The notes under the pieces were generated by a model. The model had not been told where the DNA came from. It saw only the letters and a list, made by a program, of their open reading frames with translations, and made no database searches. Of a DNA stretch of 64,000 nt, positions 60,593 through 64,000 are shown piece after piece. Both the position numbers and the translations under genes were made by a program. This stretch comes from Tubulanus polymorphus (Eukaryota; Animalia; Nemertea), in NCBI RefSeq assembly GCF_964204645.1, contig NC_134029.1, forward strand, positions 18,718,950-18,782,949, read 5' to 3'. Within the stretch, counting starts at the first letter, position 1, and each line of letters starts with the position of its first letter.

Positions 60593-60859
60593 TTTAATAC
60601 TATATTTTTTATTAAAATTGATTTTAGAAGTTCAATGATTTAAATGTTATTCATTTATGTGAATATTTTAAGAGTAATAGGGATAATAGGCTTTCGTATC
60701 AAAGGTTGAAGGGGTGAGTGAGTAAAAAAATGAAAATAATAATAATTTACAGTTGAATTAGGAGTGTGCGCGACTAATTCAACTGTAAATTATTATTTTC
60801 ATTTTTTTACGAGCTCGACCCTTCGACCTTTGGTATGAAAGCCTATTATCCCTATTACT
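60479..60859 (-). repeat. Right TIR (outer 187 bp self-complementary)
   Basis: Reverse complement of 44009-44389. Confidence 0.95.
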
Positions 60860-61844
60860 CATGTGGTCGACAATTTCTGGACCGGTTTCACTTTAGTTCG
60901 ACTATAGTCGACTAACTCCGAAAACCAAAGTACGCCCTGCAATCTGGAATGGTGTATCTTGAAAATCAATATGGTTCTTTCCTACATGATCCGACAACAT
61001 GCCGTGCAATTTAAAATTATTCCATCGACTGGTTCAGCCAGAATCTTGTATACAAGGATGTTAGTTGAACAGCTATTTAGAGAACAACGTCATCTTCAAC
61101 GTTGTACAGTAGGATTTTCTACCCTTTTGCCAGGTCAACTCCTGGTTATCCCAAAAATACCACATCAAATCTCATGTCATCATAGTGACCATCTAAACAA
61201 TAGCCTCTTTTAAATTTCATGCAATTGGTTGTAAATGTATAAGTTCTGACTTTGTGTGGTGCGGTTGCCATTTTGGAACAGATGTTTGTCGTCGCTGGAT
61301 TTGTACTATCGGCTTTTAGACAATAGGGTTGTGGCGGCCGTGTGTAACGTAGCAAATAAGGAAGTATAGATGTTCTGTAGCGCGGGGGGGTGGGGGGATG
61401 TCGGCCTATCACACGCGTATAGTTGTTCATCTTTTCCCGTATAACAATCCCGATGCTGATTGCGCGCTTCTCATTTTTAGCATATAGATTATTGTAAATG
61501 TCGCCTCTCAAGGGGAATCTATAACAATACGATGTAAGCTGATTACGAATACATCGCGCACAGCTGTAGTAAGCAGTATATTGAATATGGATCGAGAATT
61601 ATATATAATGTATGATATTAGTGTACCCTGATGGTCAAATATCTGAAATAAAACTGGAAATTGCCGGGGCTTGATCCAGGGCCATAAAGAGAGAAGTACA
61701 ATATCTACAGGGTCCCTACAACTTCTTGATTGACTTTTTACCCAAAAATGGCAGTTATTTGCAAAAAGGGCACTTTTCAAAAATAATGAATACATCTGTG
61801 ATTTGTAAGCCTATTTGGGCTGGGCATCCACTTTTTATTATATG

Positions 61845-62278
61845 TTAACCCATTAGCACTCAAGCCGCCCATATCCGCCCCGGAACTTTTTTCGTATGCT
61901 GCACGAAAATGGTTGTAATGAGATTTGAACCCAATAGCTTATTATAAACTACACACCTAAGTCGTCGAAATACCAAACAGAAATCAACATCCTCCTATTT
62001 CAATTGCGAGTATGAACATGACACATCTGAGCGCTCACTTCAAATCCAAGTAACTTTGGGTGAATTTCGGGGGCCAATAGGACATGATTTTGGTGGCCTA
62101 CCTCATCAATCTTACATGAAAGCCTTTACTATTTACTTCCAAATAACACAAACTTGTAATGCATGGAAATTATCAGCAAATGAGCTATTCAGTATCGTGA
62201 TGAGCTTGGATTTTACCTTGAATTTTCTGAGGAGTAATTGACACTACATAGTGCAATTCCTGAGTGCTAATGGGTTAA
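61845..62278 (-). mobile_element. piggyBac-like MITE family B, uninterrupted copy
   Basis: TTAA-CCCATTAGCACTCA ... TGAGTGCTAATGGG-TTAA. Confidence 0.82.
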
Positions 62279-64000
62279 TGGAATTATATGTGTATGTCAC
62301 ATAGATAAATAAATGAACAAATATATTATTTGATGATTTCTCTTTTCAGATGTATAACCAAAAGAATTGTAAAATACGTAGGGTAGTTAGCGAATACAAC
62401 AAGAGAATGGGTGTAAAGTATGTACATGTACATCGAATGATCGTATTAATAATAAAAACATCGAAGAAATCATCATCGCGGTGGTGGTATCAAACGTCGC
62501 GACTTTTTACCTCCGAAAGTATCCGACGACGGAATTCATCGACGTATAATAGAGACGTCACTCGTTGAATAGTTGTAACGAGGAAACAGTAAAATACATC
62601 GGGAAAAATTGCGGTTGAAACGTTGCGAATCGTGGCTATTTGCGATTGGACGTTGATGACGGCTGGTGGAGACGGATTGTTCATAGCTGAATTATACAAT
62701 TAACGCAATGTGCCGCTGCCTGGCTTTACTATTAATATTATTATTGCCTCGGAGCTGATGAAGCCGAGTATGCGTTAAATGCGTATGTGTTTTCGACTAA
62801 CTGCGCGCTGTTCGTTTTGAATCTGTCATTCGTTGGATGACCACTATAGCTGCGATCCCGCGAGCAGGGCTGCCAACGTCTGAAAAGTGCTATCGGTAAC
62901 AAATTGAATATTTTTGTTAACGTGTCATTGACATATGAAAGAAAATGCTCCCATTAATTGGTAATCAACAGTAAGACCCTCATTAACATCTTTCATATTT
63001 CTGTATGCATCAAAGAAATCAAATCAGTATTTCTCATTATAAATTAGTAACAAATACTGAAAATCAGAAACTGTTGCCAGCTCTGCACTAGTGCTTTTTG
63101 GCCCGTGCCAGATTGGATCCGGGCCAACGGCGGTTCAAACAGGTGCCAAATGGGCCCTGTCTGTTAGAGATATAAGCCACGATCACACAAGCATATTTGG
63201 CATGACCAAAAACGTCAGATTACCCTTAGACGCAGACATCGCATGCCACTGCATCATTTTGATAGCATTTTAGTAAGAGTTAATGATTAGCGTGTGAACA
63301 CCCTCTGTTATAAAGCACGGGGCTGTTCCGGGCCATTTTGACCCGCGCCGAATTGTGCCATGTGATCGCGGCTTTGCTTCATCGACCTCATTGTGCTCAA
63401 TCATACATGCAAAATATCTTGACAAGAATGAATTTTCAATCGAGTTTCATCAAAAATTCATGAACTTTTGATATCATGTAAATGTATGCATGTATACCGC
63501 ATTCTAGGTTCAGGTTCTGGTCTGTCTTTCTTAGAGATATTGTATATATTACTCTATGATTGAGAATTTTATGGCGTGTCATCTACAACTTTGCGTGATG
63601 ATTTAATTTGAAGTACTCGAATTCCGTTCACATTACATCGTTTTCAATACGTATCGATCCATGTCGGAGTCGGATATAAATCCGGCCGGTGCATTTGAAA
63701 AATTTCGAAACGATTACAACCGCTGTCTATCAATTCGTCGATCAAAATGAAAGTGTCGCTCGGATGCAAATTATTTCTTTTTTCATTCGTCGAGATCGAT
63801 ATATCTCGCGCGCGAGAGACGACTTTTCGATTGATCGAATTTTAAATCTATCATCTGTACGAACAGCCTATCGAACGCGCGACGTAGTTAAACCCCGATC
63901 GGAATTTCGCGAAGTTTCGGCGCCAGATCGGAAAATCGAAAGCCGGATTTTACCGTTAGATCCGCTACGACAGAAGATGGATCGATCGTTACGCGTGCGT

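Larger units (their letters stand above)
44009..60859. mobile_element. Polinton/Maverick-like endogenous dsDNA virus, 16,851 bp
   Basis: AGT...ACT termini, 6-bp TSD CATGTG (44003-44008, 60860-60865), 381-bp TIRs, intronless very AT-rich ORFs for pPolB, integrase, ATPase and capsids. Confidence 0.96.
43864..60939. mobile_element. Small (~220 bp) TIR element split by the Polinton
   Basis: CAGGGCGAACTTCGGTTTTCGAAGTTA at 43864 versus TAACTCCGAAAACCAAAGTACGCCCTG ending 60939; no TSD seen. Confidence 0.55.

Noticed and set aside
60614-60621. Mimivirus early promoter AAAATTGA in the TIR
   Set aside because: Points away from the ORF and is expected by chance in such AT-rich DNA
60959-63273. Short ORFs right of the Polinton
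   Set aside because: No recognisable domains or consistent exon chain; probably intron, UTR or repeat sequence

Overview
Intron-rich animal (invertebrate-type) nuclear DNA. It holds four host genes in two head-to-head pairs: the 5' part of PIK3C3/Vps34 (-) with a complete EIF2B5 (+), and a complete ARMC3 (-) with a FAM174-family membrane protein (+). An internally deleted DIRS1-type tyrosine-recombinase retrotransposon (~13.0-18.2 kb) with ITRs and ICR sits inside a piggyBac-type MITE in an EIF2B5 intron. The main object is a near-intact 16.85-kb Polinton/Maverick-like endogenous virus (44009-60859; CATGTG TSD, 381-bp TIRs). It encodes pPolB, integrase, A32 ATPase, major and minor capsid proteins, an HNH nuclease and several membrane proteins, with no recognisable adenain protease. 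Three features stand out. Its ORFs carry poxvirus-like promoter grammar: 14 of 17 start in TAAATG, with a T-run class on structural genes and an A-run class on mostly non-structural genes. Each terminus is a ~187-nt fold-back hairpin. A ~520-bp inverted-repeat structure lies where the two gene blocks converge. Together these suggest (inference) a virophage-like hyperparasite transcribed by a pox-like helper virus. All identifications are from motif recognition; no searches were run.
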